From contig NIVC01002646.1 of the NCBI GenBank assembly GCA_002269645.1, positions 89,243-153,242 on the forward strand: a stretch of DNA of 64,000 nt. The letters are read 5' to 3'. A program made the position numbers and the translations under genes. This DNA is from Macrostomum lignano (Eukaryota). Of the stretch, positions 45,255 through 56,740 are shown in pieces. Within the stretch, counting starts at the first letter, position 1; each line of letters opens with the position of its first letter. Under the pieces are notes generated by a model that was given only the letters and a program-made list of their open reading frames with translations, did not search any database and was not told where the DNA came from.

Positions 45255-48200
45255 TAGGGGGTCCAGTGAGCCTGTTTTTGGCTTGTGCAGAAGGGAAAAA
45301 TGGCAAAAAAGTGGTCTTCTTTCTGTGGCTATAACTTTTGAAATAAGTGACACACTGCAACGATCTTACATTTGTTGGAAAGTAGACAAGTAGATCTTTC
45401 AAACAACATATTGCTTGTGTGTGTAGTACATACGACAAGAAAGTTGCAGACTGTGAAACATGGTGTACATTTTTGTACATTTTTAAAACTGTGCCGAAAT
45501 TGGAGAAAAATATGGGGTCAGGCAGCTCCAGTTTTCATTGAATGAGTGCAAAACTATCAAAAATGCATGCACATTGGATTGAGAGATCATTATGCAGACC
45601 ATTTTGGCTGAAAAAATTTTCCCAAAAAATGTACATGTACATATATATGTACATCGAAAAATTCAAATGGCCATAACTTTTGAATGGAATGAGTCGACTC
45701 CCTAATTCTTTTTTCCACTTACTTCTGGTGACAAAAAGAACCTGTTATGCCAAACAGGATGCTTCTAACCCTTGCCGCAGTGTGCTTACCAGAAATGGGC
45801 AAAATACATGTAAATCCCCATTAGAAACATGAAAATCGCAATTTTTTTAAAAATGGAAAGAGTTGACTGCAAATTTTTTTCACCAAATGGTAGGGACATT
45901 GGTCATATATTTTGTCCTAAAAGCGATTTCCACTAGCCCTTGCCGCACTAGGTGAAAATTCTCAACATTGGTGCAGGCATACATGCAAATACATTACGGA
46001 GATAGGAAAATGTACAGCAAGGGGTTGAAAAGATGAAGGGGAATTGCTGCATGCACTTTTTTTGCAAAACAGTATAGTAGGGCCCACTGTACCCTCTATA
46101 CAATATATACAGCTATATATATATGTGGTCAAATGGCTTCATACAAATCTGTACATCTAATTCCATACATGGAACATGGGGGTCAAAAGGAAGGCTTCCG
46201 CTGGAAAGCTGCTGGATACTGACCCCAGCAAAGCTATCCCAGCAAGCGACCCCTAGCATTCGTCTGGTCAACGACGCTAACTTCCTTTCTAATAATTGTT
46301 CAGTAAGAAAACTGCTCAACTGATTAGTAAGTACAAGTCTTTATGCAGAAACATAGAAACTGTACATACATGATACATACAATGATATATGTACTATATA
46401 CATTCCCCCTATGCCCCCCTTCCCTCTACCATGCGATGCAGTGCTGGGCCACAAAGTACTTTAAGAAGGACTTAAGCTACTCGTCATCGTCATCGCTGTC
46501 TAGCACGTGGAGGTCATTGTTCATCCAATCATTGCACAGTGTGTACCGGTACACATCCTCAGGGCCAGTCTCGTCGAAGACCATCTCAAAGACCCATGCG
46601 AGGACATCACGGCTCGAGCTTGGCACACGGCCCAGCACGTAGCCCTGCGACCAGCACTCCGACCCATCAGCGTAGCCGAAGCGCATTTCAATGCGCTGAC
46701 CCACAAGGTCTGGCAGGTTCTCGAGTGTCGGCACCAGTGCGGCTTGGGCATCCTCCGGGGCATCCTCAGGACTGGAGGCGTCAGAATCAGACTCGGACTC
46801 GGAGCTGGAGATACGAGGCCGCTTTGCACCGGCTCGGATGCCAGCACTCCCGCGTCCGCGCCCGGTCCCGCGTCCGCGCCCGGTCCCACGTCCGCGCCCG
46901 GTCCCGCGTCCGCGCCTGGTCCCGCGTCCGCGCCCGGTCCCGCGTCCGCCTCTGTCGGTGCCCTGAGCCGGAGGCTGAGCTCCTCGGCCAGAACCCCGGC
47001 CCCGTCCACGAGGTCTGGCGGCGCCTGGATGTGCTGATGCAGCTGGGGCCTTTCGTTGCGCTGGCTCCAGCTTCTTGGCAATGGCAGCCTGGACACGGCT
47101 AGTACGGTCGTCAGCAGACCGCACCGAAACAGCCTGCGCAGTGACCTCGTCGACAGGCGCATCGTTCTGCTTCTCCAGGTGGCCCAGGAAAGCCTGCAGG
47201 TTGTCGACAAGAAGCTGGACCGACCTCCTGGCGCCGGAGTCCGTCAGGTTGAGGCAGCCAGCCATGTCCTTGGGGACTGTCGGCTCTGTGTTTGAGGAGG
47301 GTGTAAAGCAGTACATATTAAGTTCTTTGATGACAGGAAAGGCATGAGTGCATATCGTGGCATTAAATTAATAACATTTACTCATGGCTTTGTGCAGTCG
47401 CAACTGGGCGGTCACTGCTTGCTCCTGCAGCTGCTCCGGCATGTCCTGCAGGTGCTGGCACATGTCAGCCACCGTAGTCGTGCACGGAGTTGATCAGATC
47501 GCGAAGGACACGCTCCTTAGTGGCCTTCTTGAGCTGGTCCTGCGCAATCCGGCTCTGCTGCAGGCGCTGCTGCGCCAGTCGAATAGCCTGGGTATCCGCC
47601 TTGGCCTGCGCCTCGACCTTCTTGGCCATCTGCCGTGCGCGCGTCATCATCGCATCCTGCTCCTGCTGTGACTTCTCGCGAAGCCATTCGCTAGTGCCGT
47701 TCTGCTTGAACAGGACGTAAGTCTCGCGGGCCACGTCGCGCATGTTTGGCTTCGACCTGACAATACTGTCAAGCCCGGCGAAGGCCTCCTCGCACGGGAC
47801 GTTGTCCTTCGGCGCAGCGGCAGCCATCCGGGCATGGTCGTCTGGCAGGCTGCGCAGCGCACCACCAGGCAGGTGATCTATCACCTCACGGCGAGCGAGG
47901 ACCAGCATGTGCGCGGAAGCAACCTGCAGAGCCTGGCCAAGGAGGTCTTTGTCCAGGTCCGAGGCGTCGGAGGTCAGGGCAGCCCAGGTGTCCCGTGCAT
48001 CCTGCGGCTTCAGGACGGCGTCAGCGAGGTCAGGAAATGGCCCGCTGAAGTCCGCTGAGAATTGGACAGCGTCCGACGAGGCCACGTCCTGGAGCCACTG
48101 ACACAGCTGCTCGTAGCGGCTGTTCATGTCCATGAGGCTCACCGCCGACCTCGGGCTCCGGAGAAGCAGCCACAAGGGCCTGTGGATAGAATTGGAGGGT

Positions 48201-51200
48201 TTGGAATTGTTTTATTTTTTTTCCTTTTCTTCATTTTTTGTCTCCCTTTCAACGACAAACCTTGTTCCAGCCTCACCTGACGACCAGGAAGTCGATGACG
48301 CCCAACGCGCGACAGCCGGTGAGGAGGATGTCGGACGCCAGGTCGTTCTGCACGGCAACGAGCAGTCGGTTGCTGCAGGGGTACTCCTGCAGGAAGGCTG
48401 TCAGTAGCTTCCGCTGGGCGAACACGTGGCCACCGTTGGGGAAGATTACGTACGCCCGGTTGCCCCGGAAGTCCTCCATCTGGAACGGCTTCGCCCCGCG
48501 CGACTGCAAGTAGACCTCGAACGGAACGGCAACGCCGCACTGCTCGTTCCCCAGTCGATGGAAGGCTTTGCTGACAGTCCTGATCAGCCGCTGAGTGCCT
48601 GTTTACAGGGAAGAATGGACGGAAATGGCACATGTTAAGTCTCTATCCCCCAAAGCCCCAGAGATCCCCCGGACATTGAAAACTTACCGGACTCCGCCTT
48701 GGCGGTCTTGAAACCGGGGACAGCTGCAGCCCCTAGCGGCGCGGCCCAAAAAACGCAGCCCTCCCAGTCGCGCAGGCCGCTCTCCATCGCAGCAGCCAAG
48801 TTGATGATAAGGTGCATTGCACAGTACACTGCAACCACCTTCTCAGGAGGAGGCAGGCCGTCGTTGGACATCATAGTGTCCCACATCTCGTTGAGCAGGA
48901 CCAGCAGGCACTTATTGACCACGTGCCGGTCCGTCATCAGGAAGTTGACGCGGACGAAGAGGTTGCGCTTCATCTCGCGCCTAGCCTCCGCGCCGTCTTC
49001 CCCCGGCTTCACGATGTCGCAATAGGCGTCGACGAGACGGTCGATGGATGTATCCATCTCGCGGGCGTACATCTGAGCAGTGCCGCCCTCGACCTGTCGC
49101 AGCGTCAGTGCCACCGTGCCGTCGCCAGTGTCGGCCTGAGTGGGTGGGTGGGTGAGTGGGTAGGTGGGTGGGTGGGTGAGTGGGTAGGTGGGTGGGTGTC
49201 ATTCTCACTACAATTAAAACTAACCTGCAGGACATTCCAGTGGTTGCCCTTCTTGCTAGTGGCGTCGGTCATCAGCGTCAGCGGCTGGTCAGTCCCGGCC
49301 GCGAGCAGGATGCTCTCCATGGCCTTCGCCTTGGCGAGACTGTTGCCCACGCCGTACGTGACCGCGCTGATCAGCGAGTCCGATGGCAGCTTGTCGACGA
49401 TCCGCCACTCGCAGAGGTCCTCCACGACAGTCCTGACGGTGTCGCGGACGGCTCGTACAGGGACGTGGCACTTGAGCACCAGGTCCATGCACGTGGAGAT
49501 GACCCTGTTGGTGTACTGTTGTCCACCGGTAGGGCGCGGCTCGCGCGTCTGGAGCACATGCGTCTGGCCGGCACGGATGTAGTCCTGGAGATACTGGATC
49601 TGTTAGGTGTTAGGAATAAGGGTTGGATTCGAAGTGGAAGTTGAATGAATGACACAAAGAATATTTCTTTTGTCTGTTTCTCTGTCTGTCTGTCTGTCTG
49701 TCTCTGTCTGTCTGTCTCAATAGCTACACATTATTTATATTCAATGCCTCTTACGCGACTGTTTGCGGCAGACAACATATCGTGCATCTGGCGCAGTTCG
49801 GCCTGAAGGTCGCGGATGCGCTGCGCCGCAGCAGCTTCTGCCCGGGCAACCTGGCGACGCTTCTGAGACTGCTTGGCATCACGCATGGCCAGCAGCACCT
49901 GGGTCTTGATCCGCGCATGCTGCCGAGCTGCTTGCAGTCGGTCCTGAAGACGCCGGACCCACTGCACCCAGACCTTCCGCAGTGGGCGCCGAGAGACCTT
50001 GGCACGCAGCTTCCACACAGTCTGCTCTGAGCTTGCCAGCTGGGCCCGCAGGTCCGCCACAGACGTTCAGAGCCCAGCCTCTACGCCCCGTTGCTCCCCA
50101 GGGGACGTGGCAGCAGCAGCAGCAGCAGAAGAGGACGCTCGGCCAACTGGTGTGCGAGGAATGGGCAGCGCCTGGGTTGCAGTCGCCATCACTGCAACAG
50201 GACAGACGAAAGCAGCCTCCATGAAGCTGGACCAGGCACTCTTCTTGCCAGCAGCCTCCTCGCGCACCCTTGACCGCTGCAGGTCCCGCGACTTCGCCTT
50301 CAGCTTCAGCACCACAGAGAAGCCTGAGGCCGTCCGAGCTTGTCTCACTTGGCAAATCTATACACTCTGCCAAGGAGTCCCAGATCTCAGTGGTGGGCAA
50401 CTTTGCGTCCATGGCGGTTTCCAGGGTGGCAAGCATGAGACTGTTAGTGACCCTGGTCTCCTGCCTTGCCTCAGTCCCCTTGGGCTTGGGCTCAGCCTGA
50501 AGCTCAGGCTCAGAATTAGGACTAGCCATGATGACCAAAAGCTATGCAAAGGCTGAAATGTCATGTAGTGTCATGGCCATGGCCCATGCCATGGGCATGG
50601 TCATGGAAATGGCCAAATGGGGATATGTTGTGACTTTCTGTCATTTTAGTAAAAGTTACTAATTCATTCTACTAATACTGCTAATGACAAAAAAGCCATT
50701 TGAAACCATTTGAAGGACAATAATCAATATGATAAGGTAATTGGAGATATACCTATATTGGCTATACTAAAAAAAAAGACTATACCCTGGGCCTGGGCCT
50801 GGGATAATTAGTTATTTACTTATTTTCTCCCATTTCCATTGAATTCCATACACCCTAGCAGCATATGTGCCTAGAAAAATATAAGATCCACAAGTGGCAA
50901 CAAAGAGCTACAAAATGACACCAAAAACAATAAGATTGGTTTAGGAATTATGGAGATATACCCTAAATAAGTAAAAGTAATATATCCCAGGAAAAATAGT
51001 ATTTAACAAATTTTTGCCAATCTTCACTAAAGTGCATTAATTCCAGCAAAACATGATTTTTCCTCCAAAAACAGCACAGTTTCTAGTGTATTTGAGATAC
51101 AAAAAAAGATGCATTTTTTCAGAAGAAAAACCTCAATAACTTTTTTATTATTGAACCGATTTTCAAAACCTTGGTGTCATTTCAATCAGAACATCCAGAT

Positions 51201-51263
51201 CTACAAAATGGCATAGTTAAAAGTTAAGAATTCAGAAAAAAAATTTTCTCACTGGACCCCCTA
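45255..51263 (-). mobile_element. 6009-bp hAT-like DNA transposon
   Basis: Perfect 16-bp TIRs TAGGGGGTCCAGTGAG (45255-45270) and CTCACTGGACCCCCTA (51248-51263); flanking duplication GCCAGGG (45248-45254, 51264-51270); internal DDE transposase gene. Confidence 0.9.
46477..50529 (-). pseudogene. Intron-containing DDE transposase (hAT-like) with C-terminal RG repeat and Spindlin-like domain; three lesions
   Basis: Exons 50529-49755, 49599-49225, 49135-48688, 48598-48277, 48179-47382, 47285-46477 (GT-AG). Motifs LTLMTDATSKKG (D1), FLMTDRHVVN (D2), YCAMHLIINL (CxxH), FRGNR, KDNVPCEEAFAGLD (E). Lesions: frameshift near 50330, in-frame TGA at 50067-50069, frameshift near 47465. About 1180 aa if repaired. 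Confidence 0.85.
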
Positions 51264-52202
51264 GCCAGGGTCTTCAAATTCTGGGGGGAGGGTAGTTGCA
51301 ATCGTAGCGGAGCGGTCGTTAGCGGCGCAGTTGTTTAAATGGTAGACGTCAAAGATTTTGTCACGTAGGCTGGTTGGTCAATTTGTCGCACAGATTACTT
51401 TTAGTAGGGTAGAGCTACCACCACTGTAATTCTCATATTACAGAACAATTATGTCTCAGAGCTTCTTTGAGATAAGAGCTTGGTTTGTTTTCAGCCCTGT
51501 GGGCAAATAACTCAAGATAGGCTATGGGCTTAATGAAGTAGTTATAAAATAGTGTTATCAATCGTTATTATTATTAATATTTATTAACTGAATATTAGAA
51601 GATTATAGTTTAACAGGCAGGTAAAAGTTATCTAGGTACAACAGAAATAATTCCTCGAGCAGAGCCGCGGTGCACTAAGAGATTCAAATGTGGCTTGTAC
51701 GCCTTATAAGGTTACTTACTTAAGGCTTATTGAAATATATTACTAAGGGGTAGACAGGAGAAAAAGTCTTAGCTGCAGCGCTTGAAACATGCAAATAAAT
51801 AGATAGTGAAAAAAATCAACAACAGGGGCGAAACTTAGACAGGCAGCTGGGTAGTGGGTTGGGCAAAGGAGTGGGCACAAGGTTGGGCAGAGGCAGACAA
51901 CACAGAAATAAACCAGAAAAATAACAAGACAAGAGTGGGGAAACATTGCTTCAAAGGTGGGACAAATGGAAGGAACAAAAATTGGGACGAGTGGACAACC
52001 TATGAACAAAATGACAAAATAACCACCATTGACAAGAATTACGCGAAATTCCAGGAGTTGGGGCACATAATTAATTTCCAAAACTTAGTAAATTAAAAAG
52101 AGAATATTAAACAAACTCCTATTCCAAAGTGGCAACCCGACTGCCACATGCGTAGGGATGCCCTACAAAAGTTAAAAATTTGCAAAACCTAGTGCTTTCA
52201 TT

Positions 52203-52853
52203 TCAGTAACAGCCACAGCTGGCAGGGGCTCGACCACCTTGGTTTGCAGGCCAGTCACCGCGGTCGCTGTCACCATTGGGGCGCTGGCGCGGGGGCCGGG
52301 CAGCTTCAGGTGGCTGATCCGCTGCATCGGCGGAACCCTTGGCTGGTGGCCATCCGTGCACCTGGAGTTGGCCGTCAGCAAAGTGAAGCCACTCAGGTAC
52401 TTTCTCTATGGCAGTGTCCCAGAAGGTGCAGAGCCTAGGTTGCCAGCCATCCTGAAGGTGGCCAGCTTCCAGATAAGCTAGGGCCAGCAGCAGAGCCAGT
52501 GCTGGCCTCTGTTGCCCGGGCCACTGCCGTAAATAGCCTTCAGCACAGCCGAGCAGGCTCTCTAAGATGTCCCATGTCGATTCTGGCGGCATCAGATTGC
52601 AATAAATCTGCCAGGGGGTGTCGAGCTGTATGCGCCCCTTTTGCATTGCCTGGTAATAGGCCTCGTCAAGCGCGTGTCGTAGCCAGACTTGCGCTGGGGT
52701 GGTGCCGGTGGCTGTTGCGGTGACTGCGCGGAGAGACAGGATTTCGTTAGGACGGAGCCAAGGGGCTCGGGCCATGGCGGCTGCCAAGTTGGGGGTCAAG
52801 TCGCGCGCGCCTGTGGATGGGGCAGCCCCTTCTGACATAAAGTTGCATGCCAT
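52203..52853 (-). CDS. Orphan intronless ORF, 216 aa, function unknown
   Basis: Open non-repetitive GC-rich frame from ATG 52853; TATATAAAG at 52967-52959 upstream; lies downstream of a Gypsy integrase remnant on the same strand. No family recognised. Confidence 0.5.
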   Translation of the reverse strand: MACNFMSEGAAPSTGARDLTPNLAAAMARAPWLRPNEILSLRAVTATATGTTPAQVWLRHALDEAYYQAMQKGRIQLDTPWQIYCNLMPPESTWDILESLLGCAEGYLRQWPGQQRPALALLLALAYLEAGHLQDGWQPRLCTFWDTAIEKVPEWLHFADGQLQVHGWPPAKGSADAADQPPEAARPPRQRPNGDSDRGDWPANQGGRAPASCGCY

Positions 52854-53829
52854 CGTAGTAGAATGGAGATGATTGAAAATGCAATTGAATTGATCGCGAG
52901 CGATAAAAATAGCGCAAATGGAAAATGATTTAGAGAAAAAATCGGGGCAAGAGTGAGGCTTTATATAGTCCAACACCCGACCAACAGTTGAAAGAAGGGG
53001 CGGCTCAACCGTAGGAGCTGGCTAGCACCCCTCATGCACTCTATGGCTGGTGCGCACAGAGATGGGGTGGGCGCATGAAATCAAGAGGCAATAAACAGAC
53101 AACTGCACGGCAGGGGGGGGGGGTCCAGGGCCAAAATGAATCAGATAGGACGCCCTAAATGGCTCACATTGAACAGGTTGGCAGTTAAGAAACTATAATT
53201 GCATAAACAGAAGGTTAAAATAGAATAATTGTAATAATAGTAAGTTAGCATATATATCAAATACGCAGGGGCTTCTATAAGGAGTTACAAAGCACAGGGC
53301 TGGCAAATGGCACTAGGAAGATGAGCCAAACTGGCGGCCCTCACAAATTCCTAGGCTCGAGCCAAAATCAGAACAAAGAAAAAAAGGGGGGGGGGTCGAG
53401 TCCTTGAATGCTTTCCGCTGAGGGCAAGGCCTAGATCCGGGGCGGCTTGACCTGAGCGGGGCACCGGACAGTTTGGGCCCTTAGATAGCGGGCTCGCAAA
53501 CTGGAAAGAGATATCTTCAGTAAATTGAACTGGAAGGCTTACAAAGTTAGTTGCTTTTCTCTGGAAAGCATAAGGAAAAGCGGGGATATTTTCCGCACTT
53601 TGATTATGTGCAAGGAAAACTCACATGAAATGGGCTACGCAAATAAGCAAGATTTACTATATCGCAATGATGAAATATTGACGCTTCGGAAAAATATTGT
53701 TGCATGAGTGCATGCTTTTGCCAGAAAGCATAAGGATAAATGATAAGCGCAGAGTGCTGGTTTAAAGTATTGCGTTGGATAACTAGCTAATTGCACACTG
53801 TACAAAAGAGTTGGACAGTTCAAATACAT

Positions 53830-54480
53830 TGCATTTAGCCGAAAAGCATAGGGAATGGCTGAGAATGACAGCTGCTTTTAACCCTGAAGCATAAGGAAAA
53901 GTATAAAATTGATCGCTTTTGACCCTCAAGCATAAGGAAAATACACAATTGATTGCTTTTAACCCTGAAGCATAAGGAAAAGTATAAAATTGATTGCTTT
54001 TGACCCTCAAGCATAAGGAAAATACACAATTGATTGCTTTTAACCCTGAAGCATAAGGAAAAGTACAAAATTGATTGAGCGGAAAGTTACAATTGACGCC
54101 TGCTTTTATCCTGAAAGCATAAGGAGAAGTACAAAATTGATTGCTTTTGAGCCTCAAGCATAAGGAAAATACACAATTGATTGCTTTTAACCCTGAAGCA
54201 TAAGGAAAAGTACAAAATTGATTGCTTTTGACCCTCAAGCATAAGGAAAATACACAATTGATTGCTTTTAACCCTGAAGCATAAGGAAAAGTACAAAATG
54301 GATTGGGCAGAAAGTTACAATTGATGCCTGCTTTTATCCTGAAAGCATAAGGAGAAGTACAAAATTGATTGCTTTTGACCCTCAAGCATAAGGAAAATAC
54401 ACAATTGATTGCTTTTAACCCTAAAGCATAAGGAAAATACACAATTGATTGCTTTTAACCCTGAAGCATAAGGAAAAATG
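53830..54480 (+). repeat. Composite ~41-bp tandem repeat (AAGCATAAGGAAAA..AATTGATTGCTTTT.ACCCT) with alternating subtypes
   Basis: Direct reading; lies between the integrase remnant and the orphan ORF. Confidence 0.9.
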
Positions 54481-54654
54481 AAATGGGAAATTACAGCAAA
54501 TTGAACTGCAAAATTAAAATTCTGCTTTAGAATTATAATTTCACAGAGCGGGTGCAGAGAAAGCTTACAGCAAATACATAATTAAAACGCATTCACAAGG
54601 TCAACTACTATTAGTAATGTGCATTGAAAGTTAGCAACTTGGCGCAACAATAGG

Positions 54655-55790
54655 CTACTTTGCCAACTTTTCTTTTGACCTTGTACATGCTCTTGTACGC
54701 CCGGTGAAACTTTGGCAGCTCGCCCAACTCAAGCTTTGGGTTGGCCAGGCAGACCAAGTCTCTGGGCTGCAGTTCCATGGGCTTGGGTTGGTTCTCGTAA
54801 TACTCTTTGTGGCGCTGGATCTCAGCTCGTAATCGCTGTCACACAATTCGCTCAGTCTCAGCCAGTCTGCGCTGATGCTTCGCAATGCACTCGGGGAGGT
54901 CCGGCGATACGTCCAGGCGGTCTAAGGTGTTATCGATGGGGTACCAATAGGGCACTCCGTAGACAATGTAATGCGGCAAGAAGCCCGTTGTACAGTTAAC
55001 AGCGGATCGCAGGGTGGTCAAAGCGGCTGGCAGCATCTTGTCCCATTGCTGATGGTCTTCTAAGAGACAAGTGAGCACCTTCTTGATATTTTTGTGGCAC
55101 AATTCAGCTTGTCCATTGGCCCAGGGCAAGTATGACAGCGTCGTTGTTTGTCAAATGCCATAAACTTCGCAGAAATGATGGAACTCGTGCCCTGTGAACT
55201 GTTTTCCTTGATTGGAGTGAATCCATTCCAGAATTCCAGTGATCAGAAAAACTTGTTCCTGCAGGAGAGTTATGATTGTCTTGGTGCGCTGATTTTTCAT
55301 GGCAAAGGCAAAAGGGTACTTTGACGTAGTATCGACGTAGGTGAGAATGTACTTATTTTCGCGGTCTGTCAGGTCTCCAGTGGGGCCCATGATGTTGATT
55401 GCGCATCGCCCATAGATTTCACAGACTAGAAATGATTGTACATGTGCCGGAATTCATCTCTGTCCTTTGCTCTGGGTGCAGGTCTGGCAGGAAGCAATGT
55501 AGTCGGACACGGCCTTGGCCAGGGCCAGTCGCCAGAATCTTTCACGCACCTTCGTGATGGTGAGATCTCGGCCCATGTGTCCGCAGTAGGGCAAACCATG
55601 AAGGTCGGCAAACACAGTGGCATCGAGACTCTTCGGCAGGACGATCCTCACTTTGTCCTTCTCACCAATATCATCGAGATGGATGACTAAAAGTCCATCG
55701 TCTCGGACTTCCAATTGTTCATAGAACGTTAATAGGTTTTACTCGTCTCTTGATAGGTTTAAGCGCTGTCTCAGCAGTGGTTTTGGTTGT
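54655..55790 (-). mobile_element. Decayed Ty3/Gypsy pol fragment (integrase zinc finger, catalytic core and C-terminus)
   Basis: HGLPYCGHMGRDLT...CQTC (HHCC), NKYILTYVDTTSKYPFAF, IHSNQGKQF, PWANGQAE...WDKMLP; several stops and frameshifts. Confidence 0.9.
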
Positions 55791-56019
55791 CAACTTTCAA
55801 TTAAGTTGATCATCATCGCGATGGTAGAGTCAGCACGCTGATGGGTCTGGAGCTAGCACTTTAAACTAGCACTTTAGCACTTTTTATTCACCCTGCATGG
55901 TAAAAAAATTTACTTCTACGAGGGGTGTCTGGCAAAATATAGGACTGTGCTCACTGCTCATTTCTATTCATGTATATCATGAAAATTCATTTTATACTAG
56001 AAAGAGCAACTATCAATTA

Positions 56020-56740
56020 GTCTATGGCTAAAGCCATCTCTGCTTTATTACCTTTTCCCACACTTTATTGCCCCCTTCCTTGCCTTTTTGCCCTCTCCCA
56101 TACCCTTTTGCCTTTTCTCTTGCCTTTCTGCCCTTATATCTTTCCACCCCTTCTATGCCTTTCTGCCCTCCCGCTTCCCTCCCTACCTTTCTACCTTCCT
56201 TTCCACATCTTTCCCTGCCTTTCTACTCTCTTTTATATCCTTTTGCCCCCCTGCCTTTATGCCATTTTCCTGCATTCTACCTTTCCTTTTACCCTCTCTT
56301 CCATCTCTTCCCCTTCCTTTCTGCCCTTTTCTACCCTTCTGCCTCCTCCTTTATCTTTCTGTCCTCCCACATCTTTCAACCCCTCTTCTGCCATTCTGCC
56401 CTCTCTTCTGCTTCTTCCTAAGCCTTTCTGCCCTCTCCCATATTTTTCTGTCCCTCCCTTGCCTTTTTGCCCTCTTTTCCACCTCCTCCCTAGCCTTCCT
56501 GCCCTTTCTCCCTTCTTTTACCCTTTAGTGCCCTATTATAACAATTTTACCTATTTGCTTTTTTAATATAAAGCACCTTCCACTCTGCTCAAGTCCCATC
56601 TATCCAGCCTTCCCTATCGCCTCCCATTTTCTTTTGTATTTTCCCAAATTATCTACAAGCTTCCACCCTCTCCCAACTATCTTCTATCTTTATCCACTCT
56701 TCCATCCTCTCCATTACACTTGCACTCTCTTATTCTCTTC
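56020..56740 (+). repeat. CT-rich low-complexity tract
   Basis: Pyrimidine-rich degenerate (TTCTGCCC..)-like repeats. Confidence 0.8.

Noticed and set aside
50067-50069. Selenocysteine or programmed read-through at the in-frame TGA of the transposase
   Set aside because: The same gene has two additional frameshifts, so simple decay is more parsimonious; no SECIS was recognised.
51300-52200. 3' LTR of the Gypsy element at 54655-55790
   Set aside because: A TGTCAC start exists at ~51359, but no polypurine tract, matching CA end or second LTR copy could be found.
53830-54480. CRISPR-like array
   Set aside because: Eukaryotic context, the intervening segments are themselves repeated rather than unique spacers, and there are no cas genes.
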